This document shows positions 63,155 through 64,000 of a stretch of DNA of 64,000 nucleotides, piece by piece. The stretch's first letter is position 1, and every line of letters starts with the position of its first letter. Source of the DNA: Octopus bimaculoides. Its lineage: Eukaryota. The translations under genes were made by a program, and so were the position numbers. The stretch covers positions 27,578,357 through 27,642,356 of the forward strand of contig NC_068986.1 in NCBI RefSeq assembly GCF_001194135.2, given 5' to 3'. The notes beneath the pieces are model-generated. The model was not told where the DNA came from and did no database searches. It saw only the letters and a list, made by a program, of their open reading frames with translations.

Positions 63155-64000
63155 TCCATATTAGGGGCCCACGGTCACAAATTTTAGGGAGTAGTCTTCG
63201 GCACACAGTCAATTAAATTGCCTGCTGTCTTAGTTTTAACCAACCTGCTCCAGTGGGGATTTGAACTTAGGCCGGTTGGTAAAGTAGCGCAGCTGAAATG
63301 TATACCACAAGACATTTTGTCGGGCACTCTACCGACTTAGTAGTCATTTCCAATCCGATCGTTGTCGCTGTCTCAAGAGTTCTACTGATTATCTTTAAGA
63401 CGTGTATCATAACAACTCTCTCTGTCTCTCTCTCTCTCTCTCTCTACCGTCTCTGCTATCTTGAAATGTCCATTGATATTGTACAAGAGAGAAAGAGTGA
63501 GAGAGAGAGAGAGAGAGAGACGAGCAGTTGACTGAGCTGTATTATTATAATCAATGCCAGCATGCTGGTGATTTAGTGTGAGAATAAGACCAGCTTTATA
63601 ATAGCGTGAGAATAAAATCATTTTAATTGCTTAGTCATTTGTTAGAAGGGGAACTAAGTCATTCCTTGTCTTTATGCATGTGTGTATGCATAAGGATAGA
63701 TAGATAGAGAGTGGTGGTAGTGGTGGTTGGTGGTGGTGGTGGTGAGAGATAGAAGTGTTTAGTTGTTTTTTTCCTCCTTCTTCGTCACCGACTCAAGCTG
63801 AACGACCCGGTTGTTTGAACGAAGAGGTGGTGACTGTTTTGTCTGGTAATAAATAGTGTTGTCGCTGGCGATGTTGTGTTGACCGTATTGTCGATCAGGT
63901 TGCTGATGGCGGCGGTGATGACGGATATGGTAGCGGCGGTGATGACGGATATGGTAGCGGTGGTGGTGGTGGTGGGGATAGGTAAGATCAAGTCAGTAAC

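Overview
AT-rich, microsatellite-saturated eukaryotic DNA from a gapped draft assembly (19 N-runs). The repeat families and simple-repeat load match what I recall of coleoid cephalopod (Octopus-like) genomes; this is recognition from memory, not a database match. No protein-coding gene can be called with confidence, and nearly all supplied ORFs are translated microsatellites, N-runs or SINEs. The window is mostly interspersed repeats: several tRNA-derived or tailed SINE-like families (my labels A-G), Tc1/mariner-type and TTAA-ended MITEs, a Helentron-type (HINE/DINE-like) element, a mariner transposase relic and the 3' end of a Dong/R4 non-LTR element in a (TAA)n tract. Long T-rich tracts on + suggest giant intron(s) of a + strand gene (inference). 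The best signal is a textbook recursive-splice-site architecture at 19129-19242: branch point, AG-free pyrimidine tract, TAG|GTAAGT, a 63-nt cryptic exon, then a second GTAAGT, directly downstream of a SINE-derived hairpin. Also notable are close inverted SINE pairs (candidate ADAR substrates), a SINE family with swapped 3' tails, a CpG-density shift near 56 kb, hairpin-containing minisatellites and a few low-confidence orphan exon candidates.
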